The notes under the pieces: model-generated
Seen by the model: the letters and a program-made list of their open reading frames with translations, nothing else
What the model was told of the DNA's origin: nothing
The model's database searches: none
DNA from: Candidatus Aenigmatarchaeota archaeon
GTDB taxonomy: Archaea; Thermoplasmatota; Thermoplasmata; Halarchaeoplasmatales; Halarchaeoplasmataceae
NCBI GenBank assembly: GCA_046537845.1
Contig: JBKHKA010000001.1
Span: forward strand, 84,317 to 148,316
Length of the DNA: 64,000 nucleotides
Direction of reading: 5' to 3'
Position numbers and translations under genes: made by a program
Shown: positions 49,389 through 59,354 of the stretch, piece after piece
Position numbering within the stretch: position 1 is the first letter of the stretch
Layout: the number at the start of each line of letters is the position of its first letter

Positions 49389-50402
49389 ATGGGTGTAGGC
49401 ATCGGCGATATAATCGAAAGGAAGGAACTCGGATTCGAAGAGATGAAAGACAGGATCATAGCTGTCGACGCTTATAATATAATATACCAATTCTTATCCA
49501 GCATAAGACAGCGGGATGGTCAGCCCTTGAAAGACTCGAAAGGCCGTGTCACCTCTCACCTCTCCGGGCTGCTCTACAGGAACGCTAGATTGATAGAGAA
49601 TGGGATAAGACTCGTATACGTCTTCGATGGGACCCCCGATATGATGAAAGAGGGAACCCTGGAAAAGAGAAAGGAGAGGAAAGAGAAAGCGAAAGACGAG
49701 TACGAAAAAGCTCTAGAAAAAGGTGACCTAGAGAAAGCCAGGATGAAGGCTCAGCAGACCTCTCGGATCAGCGATGAGATAGAAAAGAGCAGCAAAAAGC
49801 TGCTCGATCTTTTGGCCGTACCCTGGATACAGGCTCCTGCAGAAGGTGAAAGTCAGGCCGCCCATATAGTAAAAAAAGGAGATGCCTGGGCAGTAGGTGG
49901 GCAGGACTACGATTCGCTGCTCTTCGGGGCGCCGAGATTGGTGAAAAATCTTACCATCACTGGCAAAAGAAAGATGCCCGGTTCCGATGAATACAAAGAT
50001 ATAAAACCGGAACTGATGGTATTGGAAGACATTTTGGAAAACCTTGACATCACCCGTGAACAGCTCATAGACATAGGCATATTGTGCGGCACCGATTACA
50101 ACGAGGGGGTGAAAGGCATCGGTCCGAAACGAGGACTGAAATATATCAAAGAATACGGTGATCTCGAAGGGGTTTTGGAAGAAAAAGGAAAAGAGGTCAA
50201 CAATTATGAAGAGATAAGAAGGATGTTCTTAGAACCAAAAGTGAAAGACGACTACACCATCGAATTCAAGAATGAACTAGGGGACGTGAAAGATTTTCTT
50301 TGTGAAGAAAGAGATTTTTCAGAATCTAGGGTCGAATCCGCTCTAGAGAAGATAAGAGAGGGTTTCAAGAAAAGAGAGCAGACAAGCCTCTCATCGTTTT
50401 GA
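49389..50402 (+). CDS. fen: Flap endonuclease 1
   Basis: 337 aa. ..IAVDAYNIIYQFL..., ..YVFDG.P...K, ..APAEGESQAA.., ..GTDYN.GV.GIGPK.., C-terminal PIP-like ..QTSLSSF. Confidence 0.95.
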   Translation: MGVGIGDIIERKELGFEEMKDRIIAVDAYNIIYQFLSSIRQRDGQPLKDSKGRVTSHLSGLLYRNARLIENGIRLVYVFDGTPDMMKEGTLEKRKERKEKAKDEYEKALEKGDLEKARMKAQQTSRISDEIEKSSKKLLDLLAVPWIQAPAEGESQAAHIVKKGDAWAVGGQDYDSLLFGAPRLVKNLTITGKRKMPGSDEYKDIKPELMVLEDILENLDITREQLIDIGILCGTDYNEGVKGIGPKRGLKYIKEYGDLEGVLEEKGKEVNNYEEIRRMFLEPKVKDDYTIEFKNELGDVKDFLCEERDFSESRVESALEKIREGFKKREQTSLSSF

Positions 50403-50411
50403 TCTTTCACC

Positions 50412-53400
50412 TCAACAGAATTCATCCAGGCTCGGCGTGGAAACTTTATCGTTCTCGAAGAGGGATTCTATCTGCTTCTCTAACTGTTTGACCCTTTGAT
50501 ACAGATATTCCGAAACTTCATACTTTTCCACCATCTCGAGAGAGAATTGTAGATACTTCTTCACGCCGCCTTCATGTATGGTAAGAGTGAGGTTTCCGCC
50601 GCACTTGCATTCACCGTTCAACGGTATCCTTCTATACTTGGTATTGCACTTCGTGCACCTGATCTGCTGGACCCCGAACTTGTTGAGATTCCCTATGAGG
50701 TCAGGTATGAAATGGTCATTGATGACCCTGCTCACCACGTCTGTAGTATCAACCGCCCTGATCATATCCGCCACCTTTATCTGCGCGTCCATCTTCTCGG
50801 TCATCTTACCCAACCTCGTGTATCTGCTGCTAGAAGGGCCTTCAGCTATATCGGAAGTTTCATGGGTGTAGCCAAAATCTTCGTACTGTTCCTCTACACC
50901 CAACCGGTCCTCGACCGTCTCCACCATGTCCTTGATCTCTTTGGGATCCGCATACTGTAGGGTCTTCTCGTAGAACTCCAAAGGATAACCCCAGCCAGTA
51001 TCTACATTATGTGCCTCGCTGTCGATCTCCGACGGATCGATCTTGGTCGTCATGACCAGCGGGGCGTCCATCAGACCGCCTCTCTTTTCCGGTAAGAAAT
51101 ATTCTGAGAAATTTAAAAGACCGTCTAGGAGGAGCATTATGCAGTCCTCATCGCCGTCGCAATTACGCCTTTTCGCCGCATGGAAATGCGGATGTGCATA
51201 GCCCGCTCGTCCCTTGTGAAATCCGATTATCCTTCCAAGGACACCACCTGAGGTGTGAGGTGCCAACCCCACGATTAGTTCTCCTATCAGGTCCTCTTTT
51301 TTCTCGGCTTCATAGTAAGGCTCTAGGTCATAATATTTCTCTAAAAGATCATCTGCGAATTTCGCAACTTTTACCACATAATCTCCTGCATCACTGGATA
51401 TCACCATGTCCTGAGGTTTCAACTCTACTATCTGCTCTTCATCTTTCAACTCTTCTCCGTTGATGTCCTTCTCATAGCCCAGTTCTTTGGCCCTGGAAAC
51501 CGTCAGCCCGATCTCTTTCGGTTTGAAATGCGTCAGGGGAAGATCGGTCATGTCATAGCGGGAGGTACCGTCCTTGAAAACGTAGATCCCGTGCTTGGCC
51601 CTCAATATACCCTTCTCCAGAGCTTCAGGGCTTTTGGTCTTTGTTATCAAACCCTTAACTCCTTTGATATTTTGAACGTTTCCTCCTCCCCCCAATATAT
51701 TCAAAGCATCCCTGTAGAGGTTCTTCATGGGTATCTTCTGAGTTTTTGGTTCGTCGATTATCTCGCACCTACCCCCGCAGGAGGAACAGCGGATCTGGGC
51801 ACTGCTCTTTCCACAATCTTCGCACCTCCGTGCGCTTATATCGACTTCTATCACGCCCTCGTCCACGGCTTTTTTCACCAGCCTTTCCGAGCCGCCAGCT
51901 TCTCCGAGAGGAAAAAGACCGTGAACGGGAGGACTCATCTTCCTTTCCTTCGCCTTCTCGGGACGCGCCATCCTTGAACCTATAGATGTGGGTCCTTTAT
52001 CTCTTACAGGTGCCCCGGCGAGCTCGCTCAGATATTCCAACGGCTTTTTTTTATCCGATTTTCTTTTCTCCTCGAGGTCCTCTCCATCTAAACCTAAAGT
52101 GAAAAGTAATGGTACATATTCATCCACAACGATAGTTTCATCATCCAATACATGGGGTACGCCCACGATCTCGATGATCCTTTTGATCTCTTTATCTATA
52201 GGTATCTTCAGACCTCCATCGTGTATTTTTCCTCGGTCTGATATCCAGTTCCTCAATTTTTCGAGCTTTTCCACGTCAACATAATTCCAGAAATAGGTGT
52301 ACTTGGGGTGCAGAGGGTAACTGTTCTCCCGGGACAGCTCTACGGCCCTTTCTGGAGTGATCTCCTCTTCTTTCCACTCTCCATCGACTTCTTGGACCCA
52401 CCATTCATGGCAGTACGCCCCGGGGACGAGTGGATGATTGTTTTCTATGAATTCTCCATAAGGTATCAGTATCTCTCCTATATCTAAAATCTCTTCCACT
52501 CTCCCCTGAAGTTTTTTTCCCCTTTCTGTAGAATCGACTCTCGTTACACTGCCGTCTTTCAGCAGAACCGTAGGTCCCTCGATGGTGTCGCAGGGGGTTA
52601 TAGCCCCGGCCTTACCCGGCCGTTCCGTTTTTATCTGTGTGCCAAGGGCTAAAAATTCATCGGTCAGATACATAGCGGCGGGATTGACCGCAACAGAGGC
52701 CAGCCCCTCAGCTCTAGTCCTCCCATATCTCAATCGAAAACCGCCTTTCTTGCTGGGATGTCCAAAGACCGGACGTCCGGCTATTGTCTCTTTGATATAC
52801 TTCGTTTTGGGAGCCACGCCCTTATCTTTATCTTCCTCGTCAGAGTTCTCTTCCTTTTTTCCAGAGACATATCTACCTATGTACTCATTCAAAAATTCCC
52901 ATCCCTCTATGTCCAGCTTCTCGACATGTTTCTTTAACTTTTTAGCTTTCAAACACATCCCTTCAGCTATCACCAGACAGGCGCCTCCTCTCACCTGGTT
53001 GGTATCCACCCTAGGAAGGTCCCGATTGCCCGACACTTCATCTTCGCCCGTGCCCTCCCCACTTATGCTCACGGGGCAGCCCTCGACGATCAGAGATATC
53101 TCTGCTGAAGAGGGCGTGTACTGCAAACCTAATGATTTTTTGTAAAGAGGGATCTCTTCCTTGAAACGCTGTATCTCCGCATTGGTCGGCTTGAATTCGC
53201 CTATGCCAAGCTCTCTCCTCACCACGTCGGCTATCAGAACGCTCATTGCCTGGCCAGTACCTCCCGCTGAGCGGATAGGGCCTGCGAAGGACAGCTCTAG
53301 ATAATTCGTTCCGTCGTTGTTTTCTCTCACGTTCACCTCTCCTATCCCTTCCAGCGGCGCCACGAGGATACCCTCTGTAAGAACAGCCAATCCTATCCTT

Positions 53401-53708
53401 ACCGCATCCTCTATCCTCTCGTCTATGGTACCTCCCTCTCGGGATGCAACTTCTTTCGCTATCCTGATAGAGACCTCTTCCCTGTCGTATCTTTCACTCA
53501 ACTCTCTTATCTTTTCCGCCGTATCCTCAACACCTGTGAGCTCCTGAGCTCTCAAGGCAAGATCTTCCGCTCTAGGTATTTCCACTTCCTTCTTAGGATC
53601 ATACCCTAAAGACCTTGCTTCTTTGGCTATCTCATAACAATTGTCGGCTTCCCTCTCCAACTCCTGAAAGTATTCCTTCATCCTCTCTGAATATACCAAT
53701 TTAGACAT
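50412..53708 (-). CDS. polD2: DNA polymerase II (PolD) large subunit DP2, intein-free
   Basis: 1098 aa. N-terminus M..Y...L..E.....EIAKEARSLGYDP, Zn-binding Cys clusters (CEDCGK..CSSCGG, CTKCNTKYRR..CKCGG). Length fits an intein-less DP2. Confidence 0.95.
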   Translation of the reverse strand: MSKLVYSERMKEYFQELEREADNCYEIAKEARSLGYDPKKEVEIPRAEDLALRAQELTGVEDTAEKIRELSERYDREEVSIRIAKEVASREGGTIDERIEDAVRIGLAVLTEGILVAPLEGIGEVNVRENNDGTNYLELSFAGPIRSAGGTGQAMSVLIADVVRRELGIGEFKPTNAEIQRFKEEIPLYKKSLGLQYTPSSAEISLIVEGCPVSISGEGTGEDEVSGNRDLPRVDTNQVRGGACLVIAEGMCLKAKKLKKHVEKLDIEGWEFLNEYIGRYVSGKKEENSDEEDKDKGVAPKTKYIKETIAGRPVFGHPSKKGGFRLRYGRTRAEGLASVAVNPAAMYLTDEFLALGTQIKTERPGKAGAITPCDTIEGPTVLLKDGSVTRVDSTERGKKLQGRVEEILDIGEILIPYGEFIENNHPLVPGAYCHEWWVQEVDGEWKEEEITPERAVELSRENSYPLHPKYTYFWNYVDVEKLEKLRNWISDRGKIHDGGLKIPIDKEIKRIIEIVGVPHVLDDETIVVDEYVPLLFTLGLDGEDLEEKRKSDKKKPLEYLSELAGAPVRDKGPTSIGSRMARPEKAKERKMSPPVHGLFPLGEAGGSERLVKKAVDEGVIEVDISARRCEDCGKSSAQIRCSSCGGRCEIIDEPKTQKIPMKNLYRDALNILGGGGNVQNIKGVKGLITKTKSPEALEKGILRAKHGIYVFKDGTSRYDMTDLPLTHFKPKEIGLTVSRAKELGYEKDINGEELKDEEQIVELKPQDMVISSDAGDYVVKVAKFADDLLEKYYDLEPYYEAEKKEDLIGELIVGLAPHTSGGVLGRIIGFHKGRAGYAHPHFHAAKRRNCDGDEDCIMLLLDGLLNFSEYFLPEKRGGLMDAPLVMTTKIDPSEIDSEAHNVDTGWGYPLEFYEKTLQYADPKEIKDMVETVEDRLGVEEQYEDFGYTHETSDIAEGPSSSRYTRLGKMTEKMDAQIKVADMIRAVDTTDVVSRVINDHFIPDLIGNLNKFGVQQIRCTKCNTKYRRIPLNGECKCGGNLTLTIHEGGVKKYLQFSLEMVEKYEVSEYLYQRVKQLEKQIESLFENDKVSTPSLDEFC

Positions 53709-53798
53709 GATTGCGCCTCATCCTCGATCATCTAATCCGTGTGATATCCCCTATTGTACTCGAGATTATTAAGAGTATTGTTCGTTTTTCGCTCTTTG

Positions 53799-53815
53799 AA
53801 AAAAAAAGAAAAAGG
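53799..53815 (-). terminator. Oligo-T tract after the COG2403-like gene (archaeal terminator candidate)
   Basis: After the stop, the minus strand reads CAAAAAAAACC-TTTTTCTTTTTTTTT. The A8/T-run can also pair as a hairpin. Confidence 0.35.
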
Positions 53816-53823
53816 TTTTTTTG

Positions 53824-55152
53824 TTAGTACGTCTCTTTGAATTCATCCAAGATCTCTTCTAATCTACCCTCTTTCTGTACTTCTAATTCGTAAGTCACGT
53901 GTACCAGCGGCCTATCCACATCAAGCACTCTGCTCAGATCTATAGGAGTTCCTGTGATCACCACATCGGAGTCAGAATTCTTTATGGTTTTCTCTAGATC
54001 TTTTACCTGATTATCTGAGTAACCCATAGCAGGTAAGACTTTTCCCAGGTGAGGATACTTCTCAAACGTTTCCTTGAGAGATCCAACTGCTGAATCTCGT
54101 GGGTCCACCAGGCTAGCTGCTCCGTACTTCTCAGCCGCCAGCTTTCCCGCGCCGAATGACATTCCGCCGTGGGTCACGGTCGGGCCGTCCTCGACGACCA
54201 GAGCATCTTTGCCTTCGATGATATCGGGATCGCTCACTTTTATCAGTGAATTCGCTCTCAGTACCTCAGCATCAGGGTTCGCTTCCTTTATATCCTCTTC
54301 GAGCTCTTCTATATCCTCTTCTGGAGCTGAATCACATTTATTTATTATGCAGACGTCCGCCATCTTCAGATTCGTTTCGCCCGGATGGTATCTGGTCTCA
54401 TGGCCCACCCGATGGGGATCCAAGACCACGATATGCAGGTCCGGTCTATAGAATGGTGTGTCATTGTTACCTCCGTCCCACACCAAGATATCACCCTCTT
54501 CCTCTGCCTCTCTCAGTATAGCACCGTAGTCTACTCCTGCGTAGATGACCATCCCTTTGTTTATGTATGGTTCATATTCCTCCCTTTCTTCGATGGTACA
54601 TTCATGCCTCTCTAAATCTTCATAGGTGGCGAATCTTTGAATAGCCTGTCTTTCAAGATCGCCATAAGGCATAGGATGCCTCACCGTCACCAAATCCGTC
54701 TCCTCCTCGTTAAGATATTCACATATCTTTCTAGTAGTTTGACTCTTACCGGCCCCGGTCCTCGTGGCACATACCGATATGACCGGGAGTCGAGCCTTCA
54801 ACATCGTCTCCTTATTCCCTAAAAGAGTGAAGTCCGCTCCAGCCGCTATGACCTCTGAAGCTTTATGCATCACATATTCATGCTCTACATCGCTGTAGGA
54901 AAAAACGACCTCGTGTATACCTTCTTCCTTTATGATCTCTGTCAATCTCTCTTCTGGTATTATAGGTATACCATCTGGATATAATTCACCCGCTAAAGTT
55001 GGAGGATATCTTCTCCCCTCTATGTCGGGGATCTGGGTAGCAGTGAACGCTACCACTTCATGACTTTTATTATCCCGGAATACCGTGTTGAAATTGTGAA
55101 AATCTCTTCCTGCTGCGCCCATTATTATTACTTTTCTTTTCCTTTTCTCCAT
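53824..55152 (-). CDS. COG2403-family P-loop protein (databases: predicted GTPase / cyclic 2,3-diphosphoglycerate synthetase-like)
   Basis: 442 aa. KVIIMGAAGRDFHNFNTVFRDN..EVVAFTATQIPDIEGRRYPP.. and the P-loop CATRTGAGKSQTT. Family recalled from memory. Confidence 0.6.
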   Translation of the reverse strand: MEKRKRKVIIMGAAGRDFHNFNTVFRDNKSHEVVAFTATQIPDIEGRRYPPTLAGELYPDGIPIIPEERLTEIIKEEGIHEVVFSYSDVEHEYVMHKASEVIAAGADFTLLGNKETMLKARLPVISVCATRTGAGKSQTTRKICEYLNEEETDLVTVRHPMPYGDLERQAIQRFATYEDLERHECTIEEREEYEPYINKGMVIYAGVDYGAILREAEEEGDILVWDGGNNDTPFYRPDLHIVVLDPHRVGHETRYHPGETNLKMADVCIINKCDSAPEEDIEELEEDIKEANPDAEVLRANSLIKVSDPDIIEGKDALVVEDGPTVTHGGMSFGAGKLAAEKYGAASLVDPRDSAVGSLKETFEKYPHLGKVLPAMGYSDNQVKDLEKTIKNSDSDVVITGTPIDLSRVLDVDRPLVHVTYELEVQKEGRLEEILDEFKETY

Positions 55153-55217
55153 ATTGCCACCGGTTATGGGTATATCGATGGTCTATTTCTAATTTTTGGA
55201 CGCTTACCTTTTGTATC

Positions 55218-58200
55218 TCAACACTGGCTGTAACCGCAGTTAGGACAAGTTCGACATCCTTCTGTAAGCGTGAGCATTGAACCGCACTCGGGACACGCAG
55301 GATTCATCCCCTTGGAAACCATCTCTTTGATTGCAGAATTGGCTGTTTCTTCATCTGTGGGGAGCTGAGCTTGTTCCGTTATCTTTCTTCCTCCCTTATG
55401 CCACTTCAAAGCTTTCGCCATCGCATCCGGTATCGACAATATCTTCTCGCCCTGTTCGAAAGCGATCTCAGGCGACCTTATACCCTCCAATTGGTCTATT
55501 ATCTCTTCCACCGGGATGCCTGAACGGAGACAAAGTGAGATCAATCTGGCCAGGGATTCGGTGAAGGATTGAGTGAAACCTCCAGCTCTACCTATCTGAG
55601 AGAACACTTCGAACATCCCATGCTCGTCCTCGTTTATCGTCACGTAAAGCCCACCATAACCCGTATTGATCTTCCTCGTGGTCCCCTCGATAGAGGCCGG
55701 TCTCTCCCTGGGTCTTCTTTCGAGTGCCTTTTCTTCTTCCTCTTTCTCCTTTTCCCCCTCGACTTCCATCACCTGTTCCTGCCGAGAACCAGACCTATAG
55801 ACCGTCACGCCTTTACATTTCAACTCGTAAGCTAGGTCATACACCTCTTTTATGTCTTCCTTAGTAGCTTCGTTGGGAAAATTCACCGTCTTGGAAATCG
55901 CGTTGTCTACATACTTTTGGAAGGCTGCCTGCATACGGATATGCCATTCAGGCGTTATCTCCAAAGCGGTCTTGAATATCCTTTTAAGGTCTTCCGGTAT
56001 TTCGTCCATATCCGATATAGAGCCGGTCTCAGCTATCTTTTCCATGAGTTCTTCGCTGTAGATATCTTTTTCACGGGCCACCTCTTCGAACATCGGGTCG
56101 GGCATCACAAGAGCCTCTCCATCCAATACATTTTTCACGTAAGAAACGGCGAAGATGGGTTCGATCCCTCCACTAGCGTTCGCTATCATGCTGGTGGTCC
56201 CGGTCGGTGCTATGGTCGTAGTGGTGGCGTTCCTCATAGGTTCTTCGTACTCGGACTCATACCAGTTGGGAAATTTACCACGTTCTTGAGCGAGCCTTTT
56301 ACTGGTCTCTTTACTCTTTTCCTGGATAAATTTCATCACTTCCTCCGCCTTCTCTATGGCCTCTTCGCTGTCATAGGGGATGTCCAATCTCATCAACATA
56401 TGATGCCATCCCATCACACCCAAACCTATCTTCCTGTTCTCCTTCACCTTCTTGGTTATCGCATCGTCCTCATCCTCGTATCCGGTAACCTCGGGGAAAT
56501 CTGATGCATCCACCACATTATCTAAAAAGCGAACAGCCATATCCGTTATCTCTTCCAACCCATCCCAATCCACTTCTTCTTCTTCCACAAAATGGGATAG
56601 GTTGATGTGACCCAAGTTACAGGCCTCGAAGTCCTCCAATGGCTGCTCACCACAGTTGTGAACCACAAAACCATTTGCCACGAAGGAATTGGTGTCGGGT
56701 TCAGTCAGATCATAAACATCTTCACGACCATCATATTCTATCGAATCTACTGTCGCCAAGGATTCTTCGGAATAGGGTGCTCTATCATATTCCTCGAGCA
56801 GACCTTCTAATCGTTTGTTTTTATCGTCTCTAACAAATCCGATCCTGTCCCTGAATCTTTCCAAATTATCTTTACTTATCACGAGGTCATGTTGAGCTTT
56901 AACTTGATACTTTTTAGAACCGCCTTTACCATCTGGGAGTTCTCTTTCGCCTTTCTCTCTTCTTTCTTCGTAGATTCTACTCTTTATACCGAACCCTAAA
57001 AGCAGTTGTTGGACTTCCTTCAATAGATTCAAATCGGAGCTGGACAATCTAACATAAACTCCCTTTTCGGATTTTCCTTGCACACTGCCATCTGCCGTGA
57101 AAAGACCCTTCAAGAATCCTTTTACCGTCTCTCTTCCGGCCTTGAATAGATCATCAGGGACTTGTAATTTATTTTCATCGAGGCCGTACTCTTCAGTGAC
57201 CTCGTACAATCTAGGCGAGCTGACTCTTTGTTCCTCGATGCTATCTTCACCTCTCTTTATCTCTTGTATTCCGACTTCATAATCACCATTTCCATCAGCT
57301 TCACGGATTATACTGTTCACATACTCAGCATATTCCTCCGAGATCGCAGTATCTTTGTCATAAAAATGTAAAGTTACTCGGTTCTCAGATCTTTTTATCT
57401 GGCCGTCGCCGACGATCCATCCTAAGACTAAACCTTCTTCTAAAGATCCTCCCTCGCCAAATTCGGTCTCTCGGTCGATGATATGTACTTTCTCACCCAC
57501 CTCAAGATCTTTCACCTCTTTCCATCCGTTCGAGTTCATTATACGATGATCCTCTGTTAATCTTATCTCGTATCCTTCCTTTGTTTTCAGATTGAACACA
57601 TCTTTCGTTCCCGTTTTAAAGACATTTGAGGCTTTTTTGATCTTCTCTTCACTCAATCGTCCATCCACTACTATATCTAGATCTTTCTCGCGCTCACAGA
57701 GTTCCTCCGCAGTGAATGTCCCTTCCTTAGTACTTATCAGCGTATCACCCGTCACACAGGGATTAGTAGCGTCGATATAGTGTTCCGGATTTTTCTCAAC
57801 ATCGAAGGGATTCCCTTCATTGATCCTGTCTAAAAACATTATACCGGGTTCGCCGTTCTTCCAAGCCTGTTTCACTATCTTATCGTATATCCGTTCAGCG
57901 TCCAACTGCCCTACGACTTCATCGTTTCTAGGATTCACCAGGTCGTATTCTTCCCCAGCTTGGACAGCCTCCATGAATTCTTCTGTCAAAGCCACGGAGA
58001 TGTTGAAATTTTCTAGCTGGCCTTCTTCGTCCTTGGCCTCGATAAATTTTTCTATATCGGGATGCTGTACTGAAAGTACGCCCATCTGTGCGCCCCTTCT
58101 CCTCCCTCCCTGCTTGATAGTATTGCACATCTCATCATAGACCTTCATGAAGGATACGGGACCGCTTGCTACCCCGCCAGTCGACTTCACTCTGTCTCCT

Positions 58201-58589
58201 GAAGGGCGTATCCTCGAAAAAGTATAACCCACGCCGCCTCCAGATTGAAATATCTTGGCGGCGTTCTTCACCTGCTGGAATATACTATCCATATCATCTT
58301 TAGGAGAGAGGACGAAACAAGCGCTCAGCTGACCCAATTCCAGACCGGCGTTCATCAGGGTCGGAGAATTGGGTACGAAATCTAAATTTGATAGAGCCTC
58401 AAAAAACTCATCTTCCTCTTCTTCCGCACTCCTGTCATCGTCATATCCTTCGTTAACGCCCGCGACGCAGGAAGCGACCCTTCTAAACATCTCTTCCGGT
58501 GTCTCATATAGGTTTCCTTTTTTGTCCCTTTTAAGGTATCTTTCCTCCAATATCTTCTCGGCATTTCCGGTCAATTTGATGTCACTCAT
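55218..58589 (-). CDS. nrdJ: Adenosylcobalamin-dependent (class II) ribonucleotide reductase, interrupted by one intein
   Basis: Start taken at ATG 58589 ([22 protein letters not shown]..). After intein removal the extein reads ..[24 protein letters not shown], the thiyl-radical Cys loop. C-terminal Zn ribbon [14 protein letters not shown]. Confidence 0.88.
   Translation of the reverse strand: [1123 protein letters not shown]
56655..57758 (-). mobile_element. Intein (368 aa) with LAGLIDADG homing-endonuclease domain
   Basis: Begins CVTGDTLIS (block A). Also has RLTEDHRIM (block B), LAGLIDADG motifs [12 protein letters not shown] and [11 protein letters not shown], and ends ..[11 protein letters not shown], followed by the +1 Cys (CGEQ). 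Boundaries were read codon by codon: Cys1 at 57758-57756, terminal Asn at 56657-56655. Confidence 0.85.
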
Positions 58590-58820
58590 ATTACTAAACC
58601 TCGACGAACTTGGGTATAGAATAACCATTTATGAATATTTCGATATCCCAACTATCATAATAATCCATATATTGAGTAGTGATGTTAAAAATAGAGAAAT
58701 CTTTAACCTCACTAAAAGTACTAAAAAGAACTCGAAAGACCCAACTTCTAAATACAACTTTTTAGCCTCTCATAACAAGGTGATAACATCAGCGAAGAAC
58801 AAGCGGTCATAGTTATAGAC

Positions 58821-59327
58821 ATGATAAATGACTTCGTAACCGGCAGACTCGGCAGTGAAAATGCTGAAGATATAGTTGCAAAGCTGAGAAGTTTTTTAGA
58901 GCGTGCAAAAAAAGAAAATATTTTTAGAGTCTTTGTACAGGACAGTCACGAAGAAGGTGACCCTGAACTATCACACTGGGGCGCCCATGCTATGAAGGAC
59001 GAAAAGGGCTCAGAGACCATACCGGAACTGCAGGGATTGGCTAACAAAAAATTGCAGAAGCGGTTCTATGACTGCTTCTACAAGACCGACCTAGAAAAGG
59101 TTCTCAAAACCAACGAGATAGATGAGGTGATCTTGACGGGCGTCGCCACTAACATATGTGTTCAGAACACCGCTGCAGGCGCATTCTATAGAGGTCTCGA
59201 TATCACCGTAGTCGAAGACTGCACTGCAGCACCATTCCAGGAGGATCATAACGCCGCTTTGGATTATATGGAATCTATCTTCGGGGCGAAAACAATTTCT
59301 AGTGAAAAGATAACAGAAAAATGGTAA
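58821..59327 (+). CDS. Isochorismatase-family hydrolase (nicotinamidase-like); start codon problematic
   Basis: 168 aa from the only ATG. ..VILTGVATNICVQNTAAGAF.. carries the catalytic Cys. The conserved N-terminal strand is only completed by in-frame codons upstream of the ATG (see findings). Confidence 0.7.
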   Translation: MINDFVTGRLGSENAEDIVAKLRSFLERAKKENIFRVFVQDSHEEGDPELSHWGAHAMKDEKGSETIPELQGLANKKLQKRFYDCFYKTDLEKVLKTNEIDEVILTGVATNICVQNTAAGAFYRGLDITVVEDCTAAPFQEDHNAALDYMESIFGAKTISSEKITEKW

Positions 59328-59354
59328 AAAAAGAAAAAAGTGGGTTTTGTCCTT

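Noticed and set aside
50574-53547. Plus-strand ORFs up to 187 aa inside the DP2 gene
   Set aside because: They are antisense to the PolD large subunit and have no motifs.
53709-53823. Possible replication origin or ORB-like element in the A/T-rich spacer
   Set aside because: It is only a homopolymeric A/T run with no repeated ORB-like motifs, and no cdc6/orc1 gene is nearby. I interpret it as a terminator or promoter spacer.
55331-58812. Plus-strand ORFs up to 195 aa, and a 66-aa minus-strand ORF inside or beside the RNR gene
   Set aside because: They are antisense or out of frame relative to nrdJ and its intein. The 147-aa ORF 58369-58812 overlaps the nrdJ 5' end and its promoter region and has no homology signal.
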